The notes: a model not told the origin generated them from the sequence alone. 32,000 nucleotides of DNA from Thalassolituus maritimus (GCF_040372045.1 NZ_BAABWH010000008.1); one strand, 5' to 3'; counted from the stretch's first letter, positions 1-9,544 are shown. Program-made: numbers and translations.

Positions 1-557
1 TGACCATGGTAGAAGCCATCCTGAAGTACAATCCGGATATGGACGCGGACGTACTAAATAACGCCGAAGCTAACCTGGAAACTCTGAAAGAGTACGCGAA
101 GAAAGTAGGCGTTCCACAGTCTGAAAAGCAGGCAGCTTGGGGGGCGGGTAAATACATCTGCGAAATCTTTGAAGAAACCGCAGAAGAAAAACTCGATCAG
201 CCAACTTTTATTACCGAGTACCCGTGGGAAGTTTCACCACTGGCACGTCGCAACGACAATAACCCGTTTGTGACCGACCGTTTCGAATTCTTCGTTGGTG
301 GCCGTGAGCTGGCAAACGGCTTCTCGGAATTGAATGACGCCGAAGATCAGGCTGCACGCTTCCGCAAACAGGTTGAAGAGAAAGACGCGGGTGACGACGA
401 GGCAATGCACTACGACGCCGACTACGTACAGGCGTTGGAATACGGTATGCCACCGACTGCCGGTGAAGGGATTGGTATTGACCGTCTGGTGATGCTGTTT
501 ACAGACTCACATACTATTAAAGACGTGATTCTGTTCCCGCACATGAAGCCTCTCTGA
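1..557 (+). CDS. lysS: Lysine--tRNA ligase (class II), C-terminal part; 5' end outside window
   Basis: Open frame from the window edge. Contains [47 protein letters not shown] and [36 protein letters not shown], the class II LysRS motif 2/3 region. Confidence 0.96.
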   Translation, partial: TMVEAILKYNPDMDADVLNNAEANLETLKEYAKKVGVPQSEKQAAWGAGKYICEIFEETAEEKLDQPTFITEYPWEVSPLARRNDNNPFVTDRFEFFVGGRELANGFSELNDAEDQAARFRKQVEEKDAGDDEAMHYDADYVQALEYGMPPTAGEGIGIDRLVMLFTDSHTIKDVILFPHMKPL

Positions 558-573
558 GGCTAGCTTAGGGAAA

Positions 574-893
574 TCGCGCATAGCCAGGCAAGCTGGCTGA
601 AGCGCTCCTACGAGAATATGAAATCAAATACCGTAGGAGCGCAACGCGAAGCTTGCGCGATTATTTAGCACATAGGCAGGCAGGCTGGCTGAAGCGCTCC
701 TACAGGTTTACTACGTATTCCTGTGTAGGAGCTCAACGCGAAGCTTGAGCGATCATTTCGCGCATATATCGCACATAGCCAGGCAAGCTGGCTGAAGCGC
801 TCCTACGAGGTGAATTACGTTACCGATGTAGGAGGGGATCTTATCCCCGATCATGCATTGTGGGAGCGAATCAGCCGAAGGCTATTCGCGATG
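574..893. repeat. REP-like palindrome cluster between lysS and ung
   Basis: GCTGGCTGAAGCGCTCCTAC ends at 611, 703 and 806. GTAGGAGC heads at 633 and 725. GTAGGAGGGGATCTTATCCCCGATC at 828-852 (GGGGAT-CTT-ATCCCC hairpin). GTGGGAGCGAATCAGCCGAAGGCTATTCGCGATG at 860-893 (imperfect hairpin). Confidence 0.85.
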
Positions 894-923
894 ATTAGCG
901 GCCTGATTTAAGAGCATAAAACC

Positions 924-1601
924 ATGACCATACCCGGTGAACTCCATCCTTCTTGGCAGGCTGTATTGGGTGACCAATTTGATCAACCTTACATGCAGTC
1001 ACTACGCGATTTCCTGAAAGCTGAAAAAGCCGCAGAAAAAATCATCTTCCCGCCGGGGCATCTTATTTTTAATGCCTTTAGTCACACGCCTTTTGATCAG
1101 ACCCGTGTCGTGATTATTGGTCAGGACCCGTACCACGGACCTGATCAGGCAATGGGGTTGAGTTTCTCTGTGCCGCAAGGCGTAAAAGTCCCGCCTTCTC
1201 TGGTGAATATCTTTAAAGAAATTAATCAGGATCTGGGTTTAACCATGAGTGGTAGTGGCGATCTGACCCCTTGGGCAGATCAAGGGGTGTTGTTATTAAA
1301 CGCAACCCTTACGGTTGAGCAGGCAAATGCAGGTTCGCATCAGAAGAAAGGTTGGGAGACCTTTACCGATGCCGCGATTACCGCGTTAAATAATCAGCGC
1401 GAAGGGTTGGTGTTTGTTTTGTGGGGCAGTTATGCGCAAAAGAAAGGCGCATTTATTGATCGACAAAAGCATCTGGTTTTGCAGTCGCCGCATCCCTCGC
1501 CGTTGTCAGCGCATCGTGGGTTTTTCGGTAACCGACAGTTTTCGACGATAAATAATTATCTGATTGAGCGCGGCGAGCAGCCGATTGACTGGCAGCTGTA
1601 A
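924..1601 (+). CDS. ung: Uracil-DNA glycosylase (family 1)
   Basis: 225 aa ORF with [25 protein letters not shown] and [17 protein letters not shown], the signature motifs of family 1 UDG. Confidence 0.97.
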   Translation: MTIPGELHPSWQAVLGDQFDQPYMQSLRDFLKAEKAAEKIIFPPGHLIFNAFSHTPFDQTRVVIIGQDPYHGPDQAMGLSFSVPQGVKVPPSLVNIFKEINQDLGLTMSGSGDLTPWADQGVLLLNATLTVEQANAGSHQKKGWETFTDAAITALNNQREGLVFVLWGSYAQKKGAFIDRQKHLVLQSPHPSPLSAHRGFFGNRQFSTINNYLIERGEQPIDWQL

Positions 1602-1610
1602 CGGCTTTTT

Positions 1611-1680
1611 GTAAGAGGGGGTCTTATCCCCGAAAGTGGTCAGGTTAATCAGGCTGTCGGGAAGAAGCTTCCCTCTTACA
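1611..1680. repeat. Convergent REP-like pair of a variant family just downstream of ung
   Basis: GTAAGAGGGGGTCTTATCCCCGAA ... GGGAAGAAGCTTCCCTCTTACA. Outer inverted GTAAGAG/CTCTTAC plus an internal GGGAAG-AAG-CTTCCC hairpin. May also act as a transcription barrier for ung. Confidence 0.7.
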
Positions 1681-1700
1681 GGTTTAATACGTACTCCTGT

Positions 1701-2268
1701 GTAGGAGCTCAACGCGAAGCTTGAGCGATCATTTCGCGCATACATCGCGCATACATCGCACATATCGCACATATCGCGCATAGCCAGACAAGCTGGCTGA
1801 AGCGCTCCTACAGATTTAATACGTATTCCTATGTAGGAGCTCAACGCGAAGCTTGAGCGATCATTTCGCGCATATATCGCGCATAGCCAGACAAGTTGGC
1901 TGAAGCGCTCCTACAGGTTTACTACGTATTCCTGTGTAGGAGCTCAACGCGAAGCTTGAGCGATCATTTCGCGCACATATCGCACATATCGCGCATAGCC
2001 AGACAAGCTGGCTGAAGCGCTCCTACAGGTTTACTACGTATTCCTGTGTAGGAGCTCAACGCGAAGCTTGAGCGATCATTTCGCGCATATATCGCGCATA
2101 GCCAGACAAGCTAGCTAAAGCGCTCCTACAGGTTTAATACGTACTCCTGTGTAGGAGCTCAACGCGAAACTTGAGCGATCATTTCGCGCACATATCGCAC
2201 ATATCGCACATATCGCACATATCGCACATATCGCGCATAGCCAGACAAGCTGGCTGAAGCGCTCCTAC
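1701..2268. repeat. Tandem array of five convergent REP-like pairs (BIME-like) with a variable ~9-bp microsatellite core
   Basis: Unit = GTAGGAGCTCAACGCGAAGCTTGAGCGATCATTTCGCGCA-(CATATCGCA)n-TAGCCAGACAAGCTGGCTGAAGCGCTCCTAC. Units lie at 1701-1811, 1833-1914, 1936-2026, 2048-2129 and 2151-2268. Unit lengths are 111, 82, 91, 82 and 118 bp. Confidence 0.92.
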
Positions 2269-2308
2269 GAGGTGAACCACGTTACCGGTGTAGCAGGGAA
2301 GCATCCAC

Positions 2309-4330
2309 TCACAGCGGCTTCCTAACATAAAATTGATACATGCCCGCAAACAGCGCCGGTTCAATTTGCTCTAACGTATGCCAGTCATTCAGCGTTAAGT
2401 TTTTAGGCGGCAGTCGCAATACTTTTTCAGCTAATTTCTGTGCGCCTGCTGGTGGCACAATCCCGATCCACTCCAGATTGGCGGAGTCCACTAAACGACG
2501 CACTTCCTGTAAATCGAAAGTATGCTCCTGAGTGTGGAACAGTAAATCGCGCACTGAGCTCATGCTGTAAAAATCAGGTGACTGAATAATCGCGTCCCAG
2601 CGTCCATTTCCCTGTTGTAGAAGAGCTTCACGGACAGTGCGTATGTCCTGCTCATTGTCTGGGATGGCATATTTCAATTCTTCTCTGAGCTCATTAATCA
2701 GGGTACGAGCCCGTCGGCTGTACAGTGCAATTTTCATCACACCACCTGGTCGTAATGAATTTGTCAGAGCGCGTAACCCGGCTTCCGGATGCTCCATGTG
2801 ATGCAGCACACCAGAGCTTTCGATGACGTCGAACTCTTCTCCTAGTCGATTTATTAACAGCAAATCGCCCTGAATAAAGTCGACTGGCAGCCCATAGCGT
2901 TCTGACTGATATTGAGCATACCCAAGTGATGATAGGCTGAGGTCGAGTGCGGTAACGTCCATGCGATGAAAATAGCGTTTCAGCCTGAGCGCATGACGAC
3001 CGGTACCGCAGCCAGCAATTAATACTTTGATAGGACCGGATGCCGGCTGCAGGTTATTTAGCTTGCCGGGAAACAGAGCCTGTAATGAGCCGTAATAATC
3101 GTTTTTCTGATTGTAGCCAAGGCTTGTCCAGCGTGGATAAGGGTGCTCTTCGTATTGTTGTTGGACTTTATCCGAAACCGAGTCACTACTGGCTCCTAAA
3201 GAGGGAATTGCACTGCGAAGTCGGGAGATGTACTCCGGCTGGATAAGGCAAGCCTGCATGAGCTCTCGCAAGTCTTCTGGCCACACTAGTTGACGCTCGG
3301 TCAACTGGGCACAGCAAGGTGCCTTCCGCAGCGGCTGATACATCATAGTGAGCAGCAGAATAGCGCTGAGGTCACGGGCTTCCAGCGTGGGTATCTGAAG
3401 AATGCGGTCTGCCAGCTGGTTTAACTGGGATACGAGCTGCTGCTCTTGCTGAGTAATAAACCAGACCGATTCGTTTAATTCGCATTGAGCTGCCAGAGCA
3501 ATCACCAATGGCATGTACTCTGACTTGATAGCGAGATCACGAGAGCTGGTCAAAAGCAGGCTTTGTCGCAGTGTCAGCAATAAGCGCTCAATCAACGGAT
3601 CGCAGAAATGAAAACGGCTCATGGCCTTCAGCAATAGGGGATCAGCCGCAATATTTTCTGGCTCAACCGGGCATCCGGCTTCCGTCAGATGGAGTTTGTG
3701 CGTTAGTAGTGACGTTGTCAGACTTCTTAGTTGGCTATGGTCTACGTCATCAAATTCAAACCATCGCAGCAGTTCAGCCTCCAACTCCTGCGAATAGAAA
3801 TCCGCAACAATATAGCTCGCAGCCTCGAACAGTTTATTCCTCACTTGGGTGTCATCGGAGCGTGTTTTGATTAGCTCCCGATAAAGCTGAAAGGCTTCGA
3901 GATACTCACCCTGCAGCAGGCGGATATGAGCCAGATACAGAGGCGCTTTCGTACTCGTCCGGGAAATGCGGGTGGCATGTGCAAAGTAGTCCGCTGCGAC
4001 TTCAAGCCGGCCTTCATTGAGTGCGAGATGCCCAGCACTGTACAACAGACCTGTACTTTCTGGCTTGATGGAGAGCCCGGTATCCAACCAATGATGCGCT
4101 TCTTTGAACTCGCCACGTCGCATAGCAATCCGTGCAAGCAGGTTAATGCCGGGTATGTAGTCGCTGTCCGCTTGCCACGCTTGATACGCCAGTTCGGCAG
4201 CCTGAACCAGCATGGCGCGATTGTTCGCGCGGCTGGCTTCGTTATAGCAACGGCTTGCCTCAGTAAGCAGACTGCGGTGGTCTGTTTGACGCGCTCGATC
4301 AAGACGGGTTGTAGTTTGGACGCTGGCCAT
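2309..4330 (-). CDS. TPR-containing class I SAM-dependent methyltransferase of unknown substrate
   Basis: 673 aa ORF. N-terminal TPR-like helices (AYQAWQADSDYIPGINLLARIAMRRGEFKEAHHWLDTGLSIKPESTGLLYSAGHLALNEGRLEVAADYFAHA...). C-terminal Rossmann MTase motifs (IKVLIAGCGTGRHALRLKRY, DVTALDLSLSSLGYA, FDVIESSGVLHHMEHPEAGLRALTNSLRPGGVMKIALYS), preceded by QQYEEHPYPRWTSLGY. AAGAGG ribosome-binding-like sequence just upstream of the start. Confidence 0.82.
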   Translation of the reverse strand: MASVQTTTRLDRARQTDHRSLLTEASRCYNEASRANNRAMLVQAAELAYQAWQADSDYIPGINLLARIAMRRGEFKEAHHWLDTGLSIKPESTGLLYSAGHLALNEGRLEVAADYFAHATRISRTSTKAPLYLAHIRLLQGEYLEAFQLYRELIKTRSDDTQVRNKLFEAASYIVADFYSQELEAELLRWFEFDDVDHSQLRSLTTSLLTHKLHLTEAGCPVEPENIAADPLLLKAMSRFHFCDPLIERLLLTLRQSLLLTSSRDLAIKSEYMPLVIALAAQCELNESVWFITQQEQQLVSQLNQLADRILQIPTLEARDLSAILLLTMMYQPLRKAPCCAQLTERQLVWPEDLRELMQACLIQPEYISRLRSAIPSLGASSDSVSDKVQQQYEEHPYPRWTSLGYNQKNDYYGSLQALFPGKLNNLQPASGPIKVLIAGCGTGRHALRLKRYFHRMDVTALDLSLSSLGYAQYQSERYGLPVDFIQGDLLLINRLGEEFDVIESSGVLHHMEHPEAGLRALTNSLRPGGVMKIALYSRRARTLINELREELKYAIPDNEQDIRTVREALLQQGNGRWDAIIQSPDFYSMSSVRDLLFHTQEHTFDLQEVRRLVDSANLEWIGIVPPAGAQKLAEKVLRLPPKNLTLNDWHTLEQIEPALFAGMYQFYVRKPL

Positions 4331-4600
4331 CGGACTAACCTCTTAGCATTTACACCCCTTAAATCAAATAACGTGCCATTTTATAAGTTGCTGATTTATA
4401 TGGATTTTATAATTGGTTTGCCGGTGGCAGGCGGTAGGTTGCCGCTGTTTTACGGGCAACACTTTGCCGCTTAGATTTTCGGATTGCGGTGTATTTCTAC
4501 AAAAAGTTACTAAAGTTCTTGGTCAACAGGCCGTCATAAGAAATATCACATGGTTAAGTGCGCCCTGATGTTTGGGCCGCTATTGGCAGGAGATTTGTTT

Positions 4601-5059
4601 ATGTATCAATCGGGCGCGTCGCAATACCAGAAGGTTAACGTTACGTCAGAAGTTCTCGATGCAGATCCTCATCGTCTTATTCAGTTGCTGATGGAAGCCG
4701 CATTGACACGTATGGCCCAGGCGAAAGGTGCGATTCAGCGTAAAGATATGCAGGAGAAAGCCAGCTTACTTGGTCGGGTAAACGAAATTATTCAGACTCT
4801 GCAATCCAGCCTTGATCACAATCAGGGTGGCGATCTTGCGGGTAATCTTGATCGGTTGTACGACTACATGGTTCGCCGTTTGCTGGAAGCCAGCGGAAAA
4901 AACAGCACAGACATGATCGATGAAGTGATGGGTCTGATGCTTGAAGTGAAAACTGGCTGGGACGGTATCCGACAAGAATATCTTGAAAGCGTACACGGTG
5001 TTCGTAAAGAAACCGACGATGGCGCACCCGGTCGACTTTCTAGCTCTGTATCTGCTTGA
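4601..5059 (+). CDS. fliS: Flagellar export chaperone FliS
   Basis: MYQSGASQYQKVNVTSEVLDADPHRLIQLLMEAALTRMAQAKGAI..., typical FliS. The preferred ATG at 4601 is preceded by GGCAGGAG; the provided ORF start at 4550 looks too early. Confidence 0.93.
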   Translation: MYQSGASQYQKVNVTSEVLDADPHRLIQLLMEAALTRMAQAKGAIQRKDMQEKASLLGRVNEIIQTLQSSLDHNQGGDLAGNLDRLYDYMVRRLLEASGKNSTDMIDEVMGLMLEVKTGWDGIRQEYLESVHGVRKETDDGAPGRLSSSVSA

Positions 5060-5095
5060 TATAGCGCGAATTTTTATTTCTGTGCGACATCCTTT

Positions 5096-5119
5096 GCCCT
5101 CTTTAAGAGGGCTTTTTAT
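5096..5119 (+). terminator. Rho-independent terminator after fliS
   Basis: GCCCTCTT-T-AAGAGGGC followed by TTTTTATT. Confidence 0.85.
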
Positions 5120-5301
5120 TGTCCTTCGACGACAAAAATGGCTTTTTATTCCTACTAAAGTCGCAATTTTGAGCTGACTGGATAAGTTTTAACGTCAGAA
5201 GTTTGACTTAGTCGCATTTTGATACTTAACTGAAAAAAGGGAAGTCAATCGAATGGCGTCACACGCGCTATTCAATGTTCATTGAGGGTAGGTCATCATC
5301 C

Positions 5302-6759
5302 ATGTGGCGAGAAATCAAAATTTTACTTGTCGATGATAACGAGCAACGCCGACACGATTTGCAGGTGATTCTGGATTTCTTAGGTGAGGAAGTCATCGTT
5401 GCTGGTTCTTCGGAATGGCGCCAGCAGGCTGAGTCTGCGGTCGAAGAAAGTACAGAAATCAGTGCAGTGATTCTGGGGGATTGTCAGAATCAGTCATTGG
5501 ATTCGGTGCTGGATGCCATGCTGGGTTGGGATAAGGGACTGCCGTTTTTGTATGTGGGTAGCCAGACTCAACCTGAAGACCTTCCTGAAAATCTACGTCG
5601 TGGCATTCTTGCCACGCTGGCCATGCCGCCCAGCTACAACAAAATGCTGGATAGTTTGCATCGTTGCCAGGTATTCCGTGAGCAATACACACACAACCGC
5701 AGCCGCGGTGAGCGTCGCGAAGTTCAGCTGTTCCGCAGCCTTGTCGGAACCAGCCGCCAGATTCAGCACGTACGAGAGCTGATCATGCAGGTCGCTGATA
5801 AAGACGTGAGCGTTATGATTCAGGGCGAAAGCGGAACCGGTAAAGAAGTTGTCGCGCGTAACCTTCATTACCATTCACATCGCCGTAACAAGCCATTTGT
5901 GCCGGTAAACTGTGGTGCTATTCCCGCTGAGCTTCTCGAAAGTGAGCTGTTCGGGCATGAGAAAGGTGCTTTCACCGGAGCTATCAACAGCCGTCCGGGT
6001 CGTTTCGAGCTGGCTGAAGGCGGGACGCTGTTTCTGGACGAGATTGGCGATATGCCACTTAACATGCAGGTTAAGATTCTGCGCGTTCTGCAGGAGCATA
6101 CTTTTGAGCGTGTAGGCAGCAACAAGACGCTGAAGGCGAACGTGCGTGTGATCGCTGCGACGCATAAAAATCTCGAGAAGATGATTGAAGAGGGGACGTT
6201 CCGTGAGGATCTGTACTACCGACTGAATGTCTTCCCAATTGATATGCCTTCCCTGCGGGAGCGTGTCGAAGATTTACCGCTGCTTCTGAATGAGTTGATC
6301 TCACGTCTTGAGAATGAAAAGCGTGGCTCCATCCGTTTTAATTCAGCAGCGATTATGTCGCTCTGCCGCCACGAGTGGCACGGTAACGTCCGTGAGCTGG
6401 CAAACCTGGTCGAACGTCTGGCGATTCTGCATCCGTACGGTGTGATTGGTGTTAACGAACTACCGAAGAAATTCCGTCACGTTGATGAGGACGACGAGCA
6501 GTACACACCGCCAGTTGTTGCTGATGTCACGCAAAATGAAGGACTTGCGGGGGTCGATAGTCCTGCGTTGCTGCCGGTTAACGGCCTTGATTTACGTGAG
6601 TATCTGTCCGACCTTGAATGCTCTCTGATTCAGCAAGCGCTTGACGATGCGAATGGCGTAGTGGCCCGCGCGGCTGAGAAGCTGAGCATTCGTCGTACTA
6701 CGCTGGTAGAGAAAATGCGTAAGTACAACATCAATCGAAAAGAGAAAGACATGGCCTGA
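5302..6759 (+). CDS. fleQ: Sigma-54-dependent flagellar master regulator FleQ
   Basis: AAA+ domain with [28 protein letters not shown] and [13 protein letters not shown]; Fis-type C-terminal HTH ([25 protein letters not shown]). Degenerate REC-like N-terminus, and followed by fleSR. Start at 5302 (MWREIKILL) preferred over 5275. Confidence 0.92.
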   Translation: MWREIKILLVDDNEQRRHDLQVILDFLGEEVIVAGSSEWRQQAESAVEESTEISAVILGDCQNQSLDSVLDAMLGWDKGLPFLYVGSQTQPEDLPENLRRGILATLAMPPSYNKMLDSLHRCQVFREQYTHNRSRGERREVQLFRSLVGTSRQIQHVRELIMQVADKDVSVMIQGESGTGKEVVARNLHYHSHRRNKPFVPVNCGAIPAELLESELFGHEKGAFTGAINSRPGRFELAEGGTLFLDEIGDMPLNMQVKILRVLQEHTFERVGSNKTLKANVRVIAATHKNLEKMIEEGTFREDLYYRLNVFPIDMPSLRERVEDLPLLLNELISRLENEKRGSIRFNSAAIMSLCRHEWHGNVRELANLVERLAILHPYGVIGVNELPKKFRHVDEDDEQYTPPVVADVTQNEGLAGVDSPALLPVNGLDLREYLSDLECSLIQQALDDANGVVARAAEKLSIRRTTLVEKMRKYNINRKEKDMA

Positions 6760-6780
6760 GCGCTGAGTCATTTCTACGAG

Positions 6781-6809
6781 TAGCCCGCCCTGTGCGGGCT
6801 ATTTTTTTA
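6781..6809 (+). terminator. Rho-independent terminator after fleQ
   Basis: TAGCCCGC-CCTGT-GCGGGCTA followed by TTTTTTT. Confidence 0.92.
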
Positions 6810-6870
6810 TCTGCTTCTTACCAGCCTTAGCAGCTGTCATTCCTACTTGTGCAGTGTCTTAGCCAACCTA

Positions 6871-6886
6871 TGGCACGCTAATTGCC
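6871..6886 (+). promoter_or_regulatory. Sigma-54 promoter upstream of fleSR
   Basis: TGGCACGCTAATTGCC: consensus TGGCACG-N4-TTGC with GG-N10-GC spacing, 57 nt before the fleS ATG. Confidence 0.9.
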
Positions 6887-6942
6887 CAATACCCATTAGT
6901 GACATTTTTCCGCCGCATTTTTGGCGAACTGATGAGGTATTT

Positions 6943-8142
6943 ATGGCGAGCGTAGCATTAACTTCGGTTCAGGATGATCAACAGCCGCTAGACCCGGTCG
7001 AGCTGAAGCGCGCATTCAATATGTTTAATGAGATGTCGCAGCAGCTTACTGATTCGTACGCTTTCCTCGAAAACAAAGTCGAGCAGCTCAGCGGTGAACT
7101 GGCGACGGTATCAGCGCAGCGAATGAACGAGCTGGCTGAAAAAGAGCGCCTGGCAGACCGTCTTGAAAGCCTGCTGCAAATGCTACCCGCAGGCGTGCTC
7201 CTATTGGATGAGTACGGTGTCATCGTGCAGAGTAATCCTGCCGCTGAGGATCTGCTGTTGGCTGCGTCGGGTGAGGCAACCTTGCTTGGACAGCGCTGGC
7301 GTACGGTGATTCAGCGTTGCTTTAAGCCTCGCCGGGACGATGGACATGAGATTTCTTTGGTTGACGGTCGTCGTGTGAGCTTGCGTACCGCCGCCATGAG
7401 TAATGAGCGTGGGCAGCTTATTCTGTTAACGGATCTGACCGAAACCCGTGCTCTGCAATCTCAACTTGCGCAACATGAACGTTTGTCGGCCATGGGTAAG
7501 ATGGTCGCTTCATTGGCACATCAGATTCGCACGCCACTCGCTGCCGCCACTCTTTACGCAGGCCATCTGCATTCCGATAACCTCGCCGAAGAACATCGTA
7601 TTCGCTTTGCCGGAAAACTGCAGGAGCGTCTGCATCATCTGGAGAGCCAGGTGCGGGATATGCTGATTTTCGCGCGCGGCGAAGCACCGCTTAATGACCA
7701 TGTTCAGGTGTCTGACCTGATTGCCGGGATAGAAGCTGCAATGGAAGTGCCGATGGCTCAGAGCGGCGCAGTATGCACCATCCAGAATGAAGCGGGCGAA
7801 GCAGCACTTATGTGCAATCGCGACTCTTTAATCAGCGCAGTGATGAATCTGATCAACAATGCGCTGGAGTCATGTGAGCATCCTATCGAAATTATTTTAT
7901 GTGTTAATCGTGATGAGCAGGGGCGTCTGCGCATCGCGGTTATGGACAACGGTCCGGGTCTGCCCGACGACAAAAAACACCGCATGATGGAACCCTTCTT
8001 TACCACCAAAAGTAATGGCACAGGCCTTGGGCTGGCGGTTGTTCAGGCGGTCGTCCGGGCGCATCACGGTGACTTTAATTTAACTGACAGTCCACTAGGT
8101 GGGGTGTCTGCCGAATTGTATTTGCCACTGGCTCGTGGCTGA
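6943..8142 (+). CDS. fleS: Sensor histidine kinase FleS (PAS + HisKA + HATPase)
   Basis: LLQMLPAGVLLLDEYGVIVQSNPAAEDLL (PAS), MGKMVASLAHQIRTPLAAATLYAGHL (H box), NLINNALESCEHP and DNGPGLPDDKKHRMMEPFFTTKSNGTGLGLAV (N/G boxes). ATG at 6943 preferred over 6847, since 6847 would place the sigma-54 site inside the CDS. Confidence 0.92.
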   Translation: MASVALTSVQDDQQPLDPVELKRAFNMFNEMSQQLTDSYAFLENKVEQLSGELATVSAQRMNELAEKERLADRLESLLQMLPAGVLLLDEYGVIVQSNPAAEDLLLAASGEATLLGQRWRTVIQRCFKPRRDDGHEISLVDGRRVSLRTAAMSNERGQLILLTDLTETRALQSQLAQHERLSAMGKMVASLAHQIRTPLAAATLYAGHLHSDNLAEEHRIRFAGKLQERLHHLESQVRDMLIFARGEAPLNDHVQVSDLIAGIEAAMEVPMAQSGAVCTIQNEAGEAALMCNRDSLISAVMNLINNALESCEHPIEIILCVNRDEQGRLRIAVMDNGPGLPDDKKHRMMEPFFTTKSNGTGLGLAVVQAVVRAHHGDFNLTDSPLGGVSAELYLPLARG

Positions 8143-8164
8143 TTGACGTTAGAGAGGAATAAGT

Positions 8165-9535
8165 ATGCGTTTACTCGTTGTTGAAGATGATCCAACCCTA
8201 CGCGAAGCCGTAGTGGATACCCTGAAAATGAAAGGGTATGACGTCAAAGAAGCGCCGAATGGTATCGAAGCGGTTGCACTGTTGAATCATCATCAGTTTG
8301 ATGTGGTGCTGTCGGATATCAATATGCCGGGTATGGACGGACTTGAGTTACTCAATCATATTAAACAGCAGCATCCATGGTTACCGGTGCTACTGATGAC
8401 GGCGTATGGCGACGTCTCGCAAGCGGTTCAGGCGATGCAGAAAGGCGCTGACGATTACCTGATGAAGCCTTTTGAACTCCGCGAATTGGAAGCGCTGTTA
8501 AAGCCCTACGTTCAGGGTGATGCCAGCGTTTCGGACAAGGATCAGCCAGTGTGTGAGGCGTTTGCTTCACAGCAACTTTTCCAGATGGCGATGCGGGTTG
8601 CAGCGACCGACTCTACGGTATTAATCAGTGGTGAGAGTGGTACCGGTAAAGAAGTCCTTGCGCGCTACGTGCATCAGAATTCGCCACGAAAAAGCGGTCC
8701 TTTTATTGCGTTAAATTGTGCGGCGATCCCCGAAAATATGCTCGAAGCCATGCTGTTTGGTTACGAGAAAGGGGCGTTCACAGGTGCTTACAGTGCCATG
8801 CCGGGTAAGTTCGAACAGGCCGACGGCGGCACCATTCTCTTAGATGAAATTACTGAGATGGATATGGGGCTTCAGGCTAAGCTTCTGCGCGTATTGCAGG
8901 AACGTCAGGTGGAGCGACTCGGTGGCAAAAAAACCATCGACCTGAATGTCCGGATCATTGCGACCACTAACCGTGATCTCGCAGATTATGTCGCCGAGGG
9001 TAATTTCCGTGAGGATCTCTATTACCGTTTAACGGTATTCCCATTGCAGTGGCTGCCACTGCGCGAACGTCGCGAAGATATTCTGCCACTCGCTCGCCGT
9101 TTGCTGAATCATCACGCGGATAAAATGAAGCGTCCGGCACCGGTATTACACCCGGATGCCGAGCGTAAGCTGATTACTCATTCCTGGCCGGGTAATGTCC
9201 GCGAGCTGGATAACACCGTACAGAGAGCATTAATCATGCAAACGGGCGCTCAGCTGAATGCCAATGACTTTATCCTGACTCCGGTGCCGAAAAATCGCCA
9301 GGTCAGCGCTGTCCCGACCGCTGAGATTCCCCCCGTTCCTGTTGATGAAGGTGAGTTGGGTTCAGACTTGCGTACCCGCGAGGTGGAGTTAATTGTCCGT
9401 GCGTTGAAAGAAGAACCCAGCCGGAAAGATGCCGCAGAGCGCCTTGGCATCAGCCCTCGTACTCTTCGCTATAAAGTCGCGCGCCTTCGTGATGAGGGTG
9501 TCGATGTTGAATCAATGGTGATGGCGGCGTCGTAA
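8165..9535 (+). CDS. fleR: Sigma-54-dependent response regulator FleR
   Basis: REC domain (LLVVEDDPTLREAVVDTL...VVLSDINMPGMDGLELL), AAA+ ([31 protein letters not shown]), C-terminal HTH (AAERLGISPRTLRYKVARLRDEG). Confidence 0.95.
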   Translation: MRLLVVEDDPTLREAVVDTLKMKGYDVKEAPNGIEAVALLNHHQFDVVLSDINMPGMDGLELLNHIKQQHPWLPVLLMTAYGDVSQAVQAMQKGADDYLMKPFELRELEALLKPYVQGDASVSDKDQPVCEAFASQQLFQMAMRVAATDSTVLISGESGTGKEVLARYVHQNSPRKSGPFIALNCAAIPENMLEAMLFGYEKGAFTGAYSAMPGKFEQADGGTILLDEITEMDMGLQAKLLRVLQERQVERLGGKKTIDLNVRIIATTNRDLADYVAEGNFREDLYYRLTVFPLQWLPLRERREDILPLARRLLNHHADKMKRPAPVLHPDAERKLITHSWPGNVRELDNTVQRALIMQTGAQLNANDFILTPVPKNRQVSAVPTAEIPPVPVDEGELGSDLRTREVELIVRALKEEPSRKDAAERLGISPRTLRYKVARLRDEGVDVESMVMAAS

Positions 9536-9544
9536 CGGTAAATC

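Noticed and set aside
1701-2268. Possible CRISPR array
   Set aside because: Units are internally palindromic pairs with near-identical connectors and a microsatellite core. There are no unique equal-length spacers and no cas genes in view.
1506-2364. Minus-strand ORFs 1506..1844 and 2179..2364 encoding CDMCDMCDM-type Cys-rich repeats
   Set aside because: They are translations of the 9-bp CATATCGCA microsatellite and REP units and have no independent coding signal. They are repeat artefacts, not a metal-binding peptide.
4453-4468. Candidate sigma-54 element upstream of fliS (CGGGCAACACTTTGCC)
   Set aside because: GG-N10-GC spacing fits and the -12 half (TTTGC) is good, but the -24 half (CGGGCA) departs from TGGCAC. 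Too weak to call without transcription start data.
3926-4474. 182 aa plus-strand ORF antisense to the methyltransferase gene
   Set aside because: Lies mostly opposite the strongly supported minus-strand CDS, with no recognisable motif. Typical shadow ORF.
5302-5650. Degenerate receiver domain at the FleQ N-terminus as a novel feature
   Set aside because: A non-canonical REC-like domain is normal for FleQ, so it is not noteworthy.
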